DNA from: Acidimicrobiales bacterium | GTDB lineage: Bacteria > Actinomycetota > Acidimicrobiia > Acidimicrobiales > Aldehydirespiratoraceae | Direction of reading: 5' to 3' | NCBI GenBank assembly: GCA_041394245.1 | Contig: JAWKIR010000002.1 | Location: 2,756,305 to 2,820,304, forward strand | Length of the DNA: 64,000 nt | Made by a program: the position numbers and the translations under genes | Shown here: positions 1-8,790 of the stretch, piece after piece | Numbering within the stretch: the first letter of the stretch is position 1 | Layout: the number at the start of each line of letters is the position of its first letter | Notes under the pieces: generated by a model | Seen by the model: only the letters and a program-made list of their open reading frames with translations | What the model was told of the DNA's origin: nothing | Databases searched by the model: none

Positions 1-231
1 TGAAACGGTCTCGGTCACCCGGCTCACGCCGAGGATCTGCGCCAGGACCTGCGTGTCGGTTTCCGACAGGCTGACGAGCGACCGGCACGCATCGGGATCG
101 TCGGCACCGTAGGCGAGGATCTCGCGGCGACCGTCGTGATGCACGATCACGGCCATGTCGTGGCCTTCCTCGCTGGTGAACTCGTGACGCACTCCGACGC
201 CGGGCAGCTTCGTCTCGCGCACCTCTGTCAT
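1..231 (-). CDS. K+/H+ antiporter regulatory subunit, KhtT / TrkA-C-like (N-terminal part; gene runs off the left edge)
   Basis: Own translation of the minus strand from the ATG at 229-231, open to position 1: MTEVRETKLPGVGVRHEFTSEEGHDMAVIVHHDGRREILAYGADDPDACRSLVSLSETDTQVLAQILGVSRVTETVS. The LPG.G..F.....G....I.H.DGRRE pattern matches KhtT-type proteins. It is absent from the ORF track because the window edge truncates it. Confidence 0.7.
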   Translation of the reverse strand, partial: MTEVRETKLPGVGVRHEFTSEEGHDMAVIVHHDGRREILAYGADDPDACRSLVSLSETDTQVLAQILGVSRVTETVS

Positions 232-285
232 GCTGGGAGGCTAACGGGCCGGCCGCTGCGGCCGGACGGTGGGGTTCGTGGTCGC

Positions 286-1140
286 TCAGATCCCCGTCGG
301 TCGGTTGGTGAACCGGTTCTCGGTCGGGCTGAAGAACCAGCCGCCGCCGGCCTTGGTCCCACCGTCGACCGCGATGTTGTGGCCGGTGACGAACGAGGAC
401 ATGTCCGACGCGAGGAACAGCGCCACCCGGGCCTGGTCGGTGGGCCACCCGAGCCGCCCGACGGGCGCCCAGGTCGCCCACAGATCCTCGTGGCCGGCGG
501 AGCGGGCGATGTAGTCGACCTGGGGCGTCTGGGTGAGATCGACACCGATCCCATTGGCCCGGATTCCCTCGCGGCCGTAGCCGACGGCCAGTGATGTCGT
601 GAAGTGGGCGGCCGCTGCCTTCATGGCTGCGTAGACGGGCTCGCCGGGGTAGCCCCGCATCCCCTCGACGGAGTGGAAGTTGACGATGGACCCGCCGCCC
701 CGCTCGATCATCGGAGTGAGGAACGCCTGCGTCACCGCGAACATGTGCCACAGGTTGATGCGGTACATCTCCTCCCACGACGCCGGGTTCGACTCGGTGA
801 AGCGCACCGACGGCCGATAGTCGCCGACATTGTTGACGAGGACGTCGATCCCGCCGTGTCGTTCGAGCACGTCGGCGGCCAGGGTCGCCACGCCGTCCTC
901 GGTGCGTACGTCGACGATGTGGGCGTGGACCGAGCCCCCGGCCGCGGTCACCGTCTCGACGACGGTTTCGGCTCGCGCCGGATCGATCTCGGCGACCTCG
1001 ACGATCGCACCGTGGGCCGCGAAGAGTTCGGTGACGGCGCCGCCGATACCCGCCCCGCCGCCGGTCACCACGGCGACCTTGCCCTCGAGGAGGCGGTTCC
1101 AGTCGTCGATGGCCGGCATGTCGTTCGGATCGATGGTCAC
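286..1140 (-). CDS. SDR family oxidoreductase
   Basis: 284-aa ORF with Rossmann motif VTGGGAGIGG and catalytic Y-x3-K (YAAMK). The frame is GC3-rich. Confidence 0.85.
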   Translation of the reverse strand: MTIDPNDMPAIDDWNRLLEGKVAVVTGGGAGIGGAVTELFAAHGAIVEVAEIDPARAETVVETVTAAGGSVHAHIVDVRTEDGVATLAADVLERHGGIDVLVNNVGDYRPSVRFTESNPASWEEMYRINLWHMFAVTQAFLTPMIERGGGSIVNFHSVEGMRGYPGEPVYAAMKAAAAHFTTSLAVGYGREGIRANGIGVDLTQTPQVDYIARSAGHEDLWATWAPVGRLGWPTDQARVALFLASDMSSFVTGHNIAVDGGTKAGGGWFFSPTENRFTNRPTGI

Positions 1141-1286
1141 CGCGTTGCTCCTGTGCTCGATGGTCCCCCGCCGTCGGGTGCGTCACCCTACCCAGGTCGG
1201 GATCGGCGGTCAGGGGGGCACCGATGTGCGGGACGGAGGACCCCGGTTCGGCCGGTCGACGGTGATCCGGCACGCTACGGTCTGGT

Positions 1287-2045
1287 GTGCGCGATGGCTG
1301 GCGACATCCGGGTCGGATCGGCGGACTCGTCTACGCGGTGGCCGCCCTCTTGTTGGGCGGTGTGGTCGCCGTCTTCAGTCGGCTCCGCCTCGCCGAGGAA
1401 CGTGGTCGGCGCAGGGCGGCGCGTGCGTTGCCCGAAGGGGCGATCATCATCGTCTCGAACCATGCCAGCTACGCCGACGGTGTGTTGCTGGCCCTCATCT
1501 GCCGCCGGATGGGTCGTTCGGTTCGCCTGCTCGCGACTTCCGGGGTGTTCCGGATCCCCGTGCTCGGGTCACTGGCCCGCAGTGTCGGCTTCATCCCGGT
1601 CGCGCGGGGGTCGGCTTCGGCCGCCGACGCGCTGGAGCCTGCCGCAGCGGCGCTCGCGGTCGGGGAGGCGGTCGGCATCTTCCCGGAGGGCCGGACCACG
1701 CGGGATCCCGACCACTGGCCGGAGCGGGCCAAGACGGGAGCGGTGCGCCTCGCGTTGCGGACCGGTGCACCGATCGTGCCCGTTGCCATGGTGGGAACCC
1801 ACCGCGTGCTCAGCCGGCGCTCGCCACTGCGTTCCATCCTGGTCAATGTGGTGCTGCGACCGGAGGTGCTGACCGAGGTGGGCGAGCCCATCGATGTCGC
1901 CGAACTCGCCCGGGCGACGGGGCATCGCCCCGACGACGTCCGGGGCATCACCGACGAGGTCTGGACGCGCGTCGTCGCGCTGGTTGCCGGACTCCGCGCC
2001 GATGCCGCTCCCGACCCGCGAGGTACCGCACCCGCGACCGACTGA
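1287..2045 (+). CDS. lysophospholipid (1-acyl-sn-glycerol-3-phosphate) acyltransferase family protein
   Basis: N-terminal hydrophobic helix, HX4D block (NHASYAD) and FPEGRTT block. GTG start; the exact start is uncertain. Confidence 0.8.
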   Translation: MRDGWRHPGRIGGLVYAVAALLLGGVVAVFSRLRLAEERGRRRAARALPEGAIIIVSNHASYADGVLLALICRRMGRSVRLLATSGVFRIPVLGSLARSVGFIPVARGSASAADALEPAAAALAVGEAVGIFPEGRTTRDPDHWPERAKTGAVRLALRTGAPIVPVAMVGTHRVLSRRSPLRSILVNVVLRPEVLTEVGEPIDVAELARATGHRPDDVRGITDEVWTRVVALVAGLRADAAPDPRGTAPATD

Positions 2046-2057
2046 TGCCGCGCTCGG

Positions 2058-2921
2058 TCAGATGACGGGAGGGCGCCCGAGTCGCGTCATTCGAGCGACG
2101 GTTCGCCAGCGCATGCGGTCGATCGGGCGCGGCGTCGTCTGCCGAACCCCGTCGGCGAGGCCCCGGACCACGTCGCGACGGGCCTGTGTGCCCGGTGCCC
2201 TGAGCAGCATGAGTGTCGTCCAGACGAGGAGATAGACGGCAGCGACGACTCGGGGGAGACGGCGATGTGCGGTCCAGACCCGGTTGCGGGCGGTCGACAC
2301 GAAGGCCTGGCCGTGACGGGCGGGCTGGGTCGCCGGATGATGCACGGTCGCCGTGGCGAGATAGTGGATCGACCGACCGGCATCGAGGAGGCGCCACGCG
2401 AGGTCCGTTTCCTCCATGGAGTAGAAGAACGCGTCGGGATAGCCGCCGGCCTTCTCGTAGTCGAGTCGGCGGATCGCGCAGGCCCCGCCGAGAAACGTCG
2501 TGACGTCGCTGCTGCGCAGCGGGTTGCCGGCGCGCAGGCGGGGCACATGGCGGCGCTGCGTGACCCCGGTCGTCTCGTCGGTGATCCGCATCGACACGGC
2601 CGCGACGTCGTGGCGCTGCTCGAAGAGGTCCACGACCGCCCGGGCGACCTGATCGTCGGCGCAGCGGGCATCGTCGTCGAGAAAGAAGAGGACGTCGCCC
2701 GTCGCCGCGGCGGCCCCGGCGTTGCGCCCTCCGGTGACCCCCAGGTTCTCCGGGAGCGTGATGCTACGGACCCCTGGATACGTGCCCGGAGCGGCGCCGT
2801 TGCCGACGAGCAGGATCTCGTCGGGCGGCACCGACTGGGTCCGGATCGACTCCACGGCGGCGGCGACCTCGAGGGGTCGGTCGCCCATGGTGAGCACGAT
2901 CCAACTGCTGGTCCCCTGCAC
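2058..2921 (-). CDS. glycosyltransferase family 2 (GT-A fold)
   Basis: 287 aa with an N-terminal IVLTMGDRP...IRTQS GT2 signature and DXD (FLDDDA). Divergent from the ABC exporter genes. Confidence 0.8.
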   Translation of the reverse strand: MQGTSSWIVLTMGDRPLEVAAAVESIRTQSVPPDEILLVGNGAAPGTYPGVRSITLPENLGVTGGRNAGAAAATGDVLFFLDDDARCADDQVARAVVDLFEQRHDVAAVSMRITDETTGVTQRRHVPRLRAGNPLRSSDVTTFLGGACAIRRLDYEKAGGYPDAFFYSMEETDLAWRLLDAGRSIHYLATATVHHPATQPARHGQAFVSTARNRVWTAHRRLPRVVAAVYLLVWTTLMLLRAPGTQARRDVVRGLADGVRQTTPRPIDRMRWRTVARMTRLGRPPVI

Positions 2922-3002
2922 GGGCCGACCCTACCCGGCCGGTTCCGGCTCGCACCGGCCCTCGGCGGCTTCTCGGGAAGTCGCTTTGGTAGTCTCCCCC
3001 TG

Positions 3003-3851
3003 ATGTCTTCGAACACGTCCGGTGGATCCATGCCGGAGCTCCACGACGCTCACGCGGCGATGCGGCTCGGGCCCTACCTCTCGGATCTGTGGGACCGGCG
3101 AAGCTACGTCTGGTACGAGTCCGTCAGCGAGCTGCGCAGTCGCCAGGTCACCAACGTGTTGGGCAATCTGTGGCACCTGCTCAACCCGGCGCTCAACATC
3201 TTCGTCTACTACCTGGTCTTCGGCCTGTTGTTGAAGGTGGACCGCGGCGTCGACAACTTCATCCTCTTCTTGTCGACCGGTCTCTTCGTCTTCCAGCTCA
3301 CCCAGAAGTCGACGATCGACGGCGCGAGATCGATCATCAGCAACAAGGGCCTCCTCAAGGCGATCAAGTTCCCTCGTGCGCTCCTGCCGATCACCGGTGC
3401 GGTCACCGAGTTCATGTCGGCGTTGTCGTCGTTCCTCGTGCTGTTCGGGATCGCGCTGCTCACCGGCGAGTCGCCGTCGTGGCGATGGTTCGCGCTGATC
3501 CCGTTGCTCGTCGTGCAGTTCGTGTTCAACCTCGGCGCGTCGATGGTCGCCGCCCGGCTGACCACCCACTTCGTCGACTTCATCCAGATCCTTCCGTTCT
3601 TCTTCCGGCTGGTGCTCTACGGGTCCGGCGTGATCTTCGACGTCACGAAATACGTCCACGAGGGGTCGCGTGTCCGTCTGCTCTTCGAGCTCAACCCGAT
3701 GTACTGCTTCATCACCGTGGCACGGTGGGCGATGTTCGGCGGCGAGCTCGATCCCACGGTCGTCGTGTCGGGCATCGTCTGGTCGATCGCACTCTGCATC
3801 GTCGGCTTCTTCTTCTTCCGCGCGGCCGAGGAGCGCTACGCCCGTGTCTGA
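3003..3851 (+). CDS. ABC-2 type glycopolymer export permease (Wzm/TagG-like)
   Basis: Only the C-terminal 282 aa of the 2265..3851 ORF are used, starting at the ATG at 3003 (MSSNTSGG...). There are six hydrophobic segments with typical ABC-2 permease length and layout. The upstream part of the ORF is Arg/Gly-rich and antisense to the GT2 gene. An alternative ATG lies at 3030. Confidence 0.75.
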   Translation: MSSNTSGGSMPELHDAHAAMRLGPYLSDLWDRRSYVWYESVSELRSRQVTNVLGNLWHLLNPALNIFVYYLVFGLLLKVDRGVDNFILFLSTGLFVFQLTQKSTIDGARSIISNKGLLKAIKFPRALLPITGAVTEFMSALSSFLVLFGIALLTGESPSWRWFALIPLLVVQFVFNLGASMVAARLTTHFVDFIQILPFFFRLVLYGSGVIFDVTKYVHEGSRVRLLFELNPMYCFITVARWAMFGGELDPTVVVSGIVWSIALCIVGFFFFRAAEERYARV

Positions 3852-4608
3852 GCTCTCATCGCAATCCGTCGCGAACGACGTCGCGCCCGTGAGCGTCGAT
3901 GTCCAGCACGCCGACATCCGATACCGCGTCTACCAGGACAACTTCTTCAGCGCCCGTCAGATGGTGAGCCGCGGCTTCAAGGGGCGGGAGTCGGTGATGG
4001 TGCATGCCGTCCAGGACGTCTCCTTCCAGGTGCACGTGGGCGAGGCGTTCGGCATCGTCGGTTCGAACGGCTCCGGCAAGTCGTCACTCCTCCGAGCCAT
4101 CGCCGGTCTCCAGTCGCTCCACAGCGGCCGGATCGACGTGCGCGGCGAGACGGGTCTGCTCGGCGTGGGTGCGGCGCTCAAGCCGTCGCTCTCGGGCTAC
4201 CGCAACGTGATGCTGGGCGGGTTGGCGATGGGCCTCAGCCGTGACGAGATCGATCAGGAGATGGCGGGCGTGGTCGAGTTCTCCGGGTTGGGCGAGGCCA
4301 TGGGTCGACCGATGCAGACCTACTCGTCGGGCATGCAGGCCCGTCTCGCGTTCTCGATCGCCACCCTCCGCGTCCCCGAGATCCTGCTGATCGACGAGGC
4401 ACTCGCGGTGGGCGACATGGAGTTCCGCACCCGCAGCCTCGAGCGGGTGAACCAGATCCGTGAGCGGGCCGGGACGGTCATCATGGTGTCGCACAGCCTG
4501 AAGGAGATCACCGATTCGTGCAGCCGCGCGATCTGGCTCGACCAGGGCGTCCTGCGGATGGAAGGGACGGCCGACGAGGTGGTCGCCGCCTACGAAGAGA
4601 GCGCCTGA
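3844..4608 (+). CDS. ABC transporter ATP-binding protein (Wzt/TagH-like, short form without C-terminal carbohydrate-binding domain)
   Basis: Walker A GSNGSGKSS, signature YSSGMQARL, Walker B LLIDEAL and H-loop VSHS. The GTG at 3844 overlaps the permease stop (GTGTCTGA). Confidence 0.85.
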   Translation: MSELSSQSVANDVAPVSVDVQHADIRYRVYQDNFFSARQMVSRGFKGRESVMVHAVQDVSFQVHVGEAFGIVGSNGSGKSSLLRAIAGLQSLHSGRIDVRGETGLLGVGAALKPSLSGYRNVMLGGLAMGLSRDEIDQEMAGVVEFSGLGEAMGRPMQTYSSGMQARLAFSIATLRVPEILLIDEALAVGDMEFRTRSLERVNQIRERAGTVIMVSHSLKEITDSCSRAIWLDQGVLRMEGTADEVVAAYEESA

Positions 4609-4708
4609 GCTGTCTGTCGACTGGTGCGACCGCGACCCGGCCGGCGCAGGGGCAACCGCGGCCGTCGGACGATGGCGTTCGGTCCGCAACCGGCTGCGTG
4701 ACGCACTG

Positions 4709-5992
4709 GTGTCGGCCGACGGGTGGATCGCTCGGCGCCCGACCATCGACATCGCCGCGGGGCGGGCCCGGTTCGTCGTCGTGGCGAAGGCGGTCGTGCG
4801 CCCCCGGATGGGCCGGTTCCGTACCCGGTTGGTCGGTTCCGCATCCGGAGGGATTCTCGCGGGGATCGGAACGGCGCGGCGCCGGGCGATTCGTCCCGGC
4901 ACGCCCATCGGGTTCCCGCAGGACGCCGGGGGATCGGCCATCGATCTCTCGCAGCTGCCCGACCCCGGTTCGCGGGCCTTCGATCGTCTCGCCCGACGCG
5001 GCCGCCGGGCCGGGGTCGTCCGACTCGACGAGGGGCTGACGGCAACAGCGGCCGCCGGGGTCGTTCGCCTCGCCGAGTCGGGGGTGCCCCTCGTGGCGCC
5101 GGGGTTGTCCTCGTCGCTGCGTTCGGTGCTCGGCCCGGAGCTCTCCGACGTGATCGAGCGCGCGCCGTTCGTCGCCCGCGACCCCCACCTCCGTGAGCGT
5201 CATTCGATCGCCGTGCGGCGCGCCGCATGGTCGCGTTCGTGGCGACCGCCGACGATCTCCGTGCTCTTGGCCTCCCGTCGACCGGCCGATCTGCCCGAGG
5301 CGATCCGGATGGTTCGCTCCCAGCGCGGCTGTGAGCTGCAGCTGTGTGTCGGCCTGCACGGGCCGGAGTGGCCCGACGACAGCGAGGCGGCGATTCGGGC
5401 GGCCTTCGACGGCCCGCTCGTGGTGGACCGGTTCGCCGACACGGTCGATCTGGGCACCATGCTCGATGCGCTCGGGTGTCGGGCCGACGGTGACTTCGTC
5501 ACCAAGTGGGACGACGACGACCACTATGGCGCCGATCATCTCGTCGACCTGGTGTCGGCAATCGGCTACACGGGTGCGCAGATCGTCGGCAAGGCGGCCG
5601 AGTTCGTCCATCTCGAATCGATCGACACGACGATCCGGCGCTACGCGATCGGAGCCGAGAGCTACTCGACCACCCTCGCCGGTGGCACGTTGCTGCTGTC
5701 GGCCGAGACGTTGCGCGACGTCGGAGGATGGCCGGCGGCCTCGTCGCGGGTCGACGGCCTGCTGATCGACGAGATCCTCCGTCGCGGCGGTTCGAGCTAT
5801 CGGACCCACGGCTTCCAGTTCGTGCTGCGTCGTCGGCGTCCCAGCTCGACACTGGGCCACACATGGACCGCTCCCGACGAGTACTTCCTCCGCGACGCCG
5901 TCGACCAACGGCCCGGCCTCGACCTCGTGTTCGCCGGCATCGCCACGGCTGCCGCGGCCGATCGACGCGAGTCGGGAGAACCCCACACATGA
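4709..5992 (+). CDS. glycosyltransferase (GT-A-like catalytic domain with ~190-aa N-terminal extension of unknown function)
   Basis: 427 aa. ISVLLASRRP...then KWDDDDHY (acidic DXD-type motif). The first ~190 aa carry no motif I recognise. Confidence 0.65.
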   Translation: MSADGWIARRPTIDIAAGRARFVVVAKAVVRPRMGRFRTRLVGSASGGILAGIGTARRRAIRPGTPIGFPQDAGGSAIDLSQLPDPGSRAFDRLARRGRRAGVVRLDEGLTATAAAGVVRLAESGVPLVAPGLSSSLRSVLGPELSDVIERAPFVARDPHLRERHSIAVRRAAWSRSWRPPTISVLLASRRPADLPEAIRMVRSQRGCELQLCVGLHGPEWPDDSEAAIRAAFDGPLVVDRFADTVDLGTMLDALGCRADGDFVTKWDDDDHYGADHLVDLVSAIGYTGAQIVGKAAEFVHLESIDTTIRRYAIGAESYSTTLAGGTLLLSAETLRDVGGWPAASSRVDGLLIDEILRRGGSSYRTHGFQFVLRRRRPSSTLGHTWTAPDEYFLRDAVDQRPGLDLVFAGIATAAAADRRESGEPHT

Positions 5993-7401
5993 GCGCCGTC
6001 GTCGGAAATCGGTGGGACACGCTTCCGGTGCTGTCAGCGGTCGATGCGGTGCCGACACGGCGGGTCTCGGTGTGCATCCCCGCCCGCGACCCCGGCGTGG
6101 CGCTGGATCGCACCCTCGCCGGCCTGCGGTCGCAGCGCTATCCGTCGGCGCTGCTCGAGGTGGTCATATCGGACGATGCCTCGGCCTCGCCGATCGAGGT
6201 CGACGCAACCGGTCTCGATCTGGTGGTCGACCGGCGTGACGGCCGCGACGGCTTCGGAGCGGCCGCGGCACGCAACCGGGCCGCCGAGATCGCCACCGGC
6301 GACGTGTTGGTCTTCCTCGACGCCGATGTGGTGCCATCTCCCGACTTCGTCGCCGCGATGGCTCGATGGTTCGACCAGACCGACGACGCGGTCGTTCTCG
6401 GGGCCATGCGGTTCGTCGATCTCGACGGCATCGGCGCCGACGAGGTCGGCCGACTGCTGCTCGACGGCGGTTGGGACGACCTCGTGCGATCCCGCCGCAT
6501 CCCGGGTCAGGACTGGCGAGCCGGCTACGTCGCCGAGTCGCGTGGGCTCACCGTCGACGAGGTGGATCTGTTCCGTGTGGTCACGGGGGCCGCGCTCGCC
6601 GTGCACCCCGACCGGTTCAACGAGGTCGGGGGATTCTGCGAGGTCCCGATCCGCGGCATCGAGGACACCGAACTCGGTTACCGGCTCATGGCCAACGGCG
6701 GGATCCTGGTCCCCGATGCCACCGCGCTGGTCTGGCACCAGGGCCGTCCGACGCTTCGCGGGAGCGCGGCCCGACGCAATCGGCGCGAACGGCAATCGAC
6801 CACCGAGCGGCTGCTGCCGGTCGGAGGCTTCCGGGGCCCCGCTCCTGTCGCCGACCGAGGCGAATCGATCGCCGAGAGGGCGTGCGTGCGTGTCGTCGAC
6901 GACGGCGATGGCACCGCGGCGTCGGTGATCGAGCGGATCCGCCGGGTCGGAGGGACCGACGTGTCGGTCGCCGCGGTGCCCGCGATCGAGCCGCGCGGCG
7001 GCTTCACGCCGGCGTTCGCCCAGGTCTGGTGCTCGCCCCGGTATGCGTGGGGTCCCGGCACGCTGCTGCGGCTGATCGACGAACTCGCCGACCCCGAGGT
7101 CGGGCGCGTCCGGGTCCCCGACCCCGACGGGGGTTTCGCGGTGGACGCCTACACGACCCGCGCGCTGTGCCGCGCGGCCCGACACGACGACGGAACGCCG
7201 GTCGCCGACCGCGTCGCCCGACTGTTCGGCGAACGTTGGGTCGCCGCCGAACGGCTCGACCTCCGACCGGTCGCCGACGAAGCGGCATCGGGTCGCGTTC
7301 GGCGACGTGAGGTGTGGGCCCAGCGGGCCCTCGCCCGGTTGCGATGGATCGGCCGGACCGGGCGTCGGCGGGCGGCCGCGGCCGATCGGGGCTCGTCGTG
7401 A
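5989..7401 (+). CDS. glycosyltransferase family 2 with C-terminal extension
   Basis: The ATG at 5989 overlaps the upstream stop (ATGA). VSVCIPARD, FLDAD (DXD), GIEDTELGYRL and LVWHQGR motifs. The ~190-aa C-terminal region has no recognisable motif. Confidence 0.8.
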   Translation: MSAVVGNRWDTLPVLSAVDAVPTRRVSVCIPARDPGVALDRTLAGLRSQRYPSALLEVVISDDASASPIEVDATGLDLVVDRRDGRDGFGAAAARNRAAEIATGDVLVFLDADVVPSPDFVAAMARWFDQTDDAVVLGAMRFVDLDGIGADEVGRLLLDGGWDDLVRSRRIPGQDWRAGYVAESRGLTVDEVDLFRVVTGAALAVHPDRFNEVGGFCEVPIRGIEDTELGYRLMANGGILVPDATALVWHQGRPTLRGSAARRNRRERQSTTERLLPVGGFRGPAPVADRGESIAERACVRVVDDGDGTAASVIERIRRVGGTDVSVAAVPAIEPRGGFTPAFAQVWCSPRYAWGPGTLLRLIDELADPEVGRVRVPDPDGGFAVDAYTTRALCRAARHDDGTPVADRVARLFGERWVAAERLDLRPVADEAASGRVRRREVWAQRALARLRWIGRTGRRRAAAADRGSS

Positions 7402-8771
7402 GGCGTACGGTGCAGCGAATCCGCGATCGCCTGTCCCACGCGTCGGAAGTCCGGCGACACGCCGCGCTGCCCATGCGAGAGCCCCGGGTTCCGATGGCCG
7501 CGCCCGGTCGCTCACCCGCCGGCGTCCCGGGCAACGCCTGGCATCTCCTGGCGCTCGACGACGTCGCGACGTCGCCGTCCGTGTCCGTCGTCGTGCCGGC
7601 GAAGGACTGTCAGCCGACACTCGACCGACTGTTGGCGTCGCTGTCCCGAACGGACGCCCCCGTCGGCGCCTCGCGACCGGAGCTGGAGATCATCGTGGTC
7701 GACGATGCGTCGTCGCCGCCGCTCGTCGTCCCCGACGGGGTCACCCTCGTCCGCCTCGAACCGTCGCCCTCCTTCGGTGCCGGTCGGGCCCGTAACGAGG
7801 GTGCCCGTCGGGCGACCGGCGACATCCTCCTGTTCCTCGATGCCGACATGTTGGTCGGCCGCGCCGCCGTCTCCCGGCTGGCCCGCTGGTGCTCGGCCCA
7901 TCCGGCGGCCGTCGTCACCGGCGTCATCGCGTTCTTCGACGTCGACGAGGTCGGCGCGGAACAGCTCGATGCCGCGATCGAGTCGGGCCGGCTGCAGTCG
8001 ACGTTGGCCGACTTCGAACGCAACGACCAGGACTGGCGCGACCCGCACTTCCTGCGCACTGCCGACATGACCCTCGAGGACCCCGAGATCTTCAGCGTCA
8101 CGATCGGCGCCGTGATGTGCCTCCCGCGTGCGCTGCACGAGGCGATCGGGGGCCTGCGCGAGCTCGGCCGCCGAGGTATCGAGGACACGGAGTACGGCTA
8201 CCGACTCCACACCGCAGGAGCCCTCATGGTGCTCGATCGCACCGCGGAACTCTGGCATCAGGGGCGTCGCTTCTTCAGCTCGGAACACGCGGCGCAGGCC
8301 AAGCAGGATCGCGCCGACCTCAACAACGAGCTCATGGCGTCGGCGCGCTATCGCGTCGACTCGTCGACCGCCCGCCGGGTGCCCGTCGCCGTCGTGCACG
8401 CGGTGGGCGACGCGTCGGTCGATGGCTTCGCCGACTCGGACCGTCGAGACCTCGTGACGGCCGAGGACCGCGATGGCGCCGACGTGCTCGACCCGGTCGA
8501 TGCCGTCGGGGTGCCCTACCGGATCGATGTCCACCGCTCGTGTCGGGTAGCCCCGGGGTCGTTCGGCGCCCTGATCGATCGGGTGCGGCGCGACGGACTC
8601 GGATCCCTGTCGGTCGAGAGTCCGGAGGGAGACCTCCTGATGACCGTGACGAGCCGCCGGGCCGAGGGTCGAGCGTCGCTCATCGGACTCCGCGGCGATG
8701 CCGCGTCCGCCCATGTCGGGTCGGCCTTCGGCGCGCGCACCGCCCCCGCAGCCGACTTCGACATCAGCTGA
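7398..8771 (+). CDS. glycosyltransferase family 2 with C-terminal extension (paralogue of 5989..7401)
   Basis: The GTG at 7398 overlaps the upstream stop (GTGA). VSVVVPAKD, FLDAD, GIEDTEYGYRL and LWHQGR are collinear with the upstream paralogue. Confidence 0.75.
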   Translation: MRRTVQRIRDRLSHASEVRRHAALPMREPRVPMAAPGRSPAGVPGNAWHLLALDDVATSPSVSVVVPAKDCQPTLDRLLASLSRTDAPVGASRPELEIIVVDDASSPPLVVPDGVTLVRLEPSPSFGAGRARNEGARRATGDILLFLDADMLVGRAAVSRLARWCSAHPAAVVTGVIAFFDVDEVGAEQLDAAIESGRLQSTLADFERNDQDWRDPHFLRTADMTLEDPEIFSVTIGAVMCLPRALHEAIGGLRELGRRGIEDTEYGYRLHTAGALMVLDRTAELWHQGRRFFSSEHAAQAKQDRADLNNELMASARYRVDSSTARRVPVAVVHAVGDASVDGFADSDRRDLVTAEDRDGADVLDPVDAVGVPYRIDVHRSCRVAPGSFGALIDRVRRDGLGSLSVESPEGDLLMTVTSRRAEGRASLIGLRGDAASAHVGSAFGARTAPAADFDIS

Positions 8772-8790
8772 CCCGGCGAGTGGTAGGGGG

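Noticed and set aside
604-2065. Two long plus-strand ORFs (422 and 411 aa) overlapping the SDR and acyltransferase genes.
   Set aside because: Their composition is Arg/Gly/Pro/Ala-rich and low-complexity, with no family motifs. They are antisense or out of frame to ORFs with clear SDR and HX4D motifs. This is the typical high-GC artefact.
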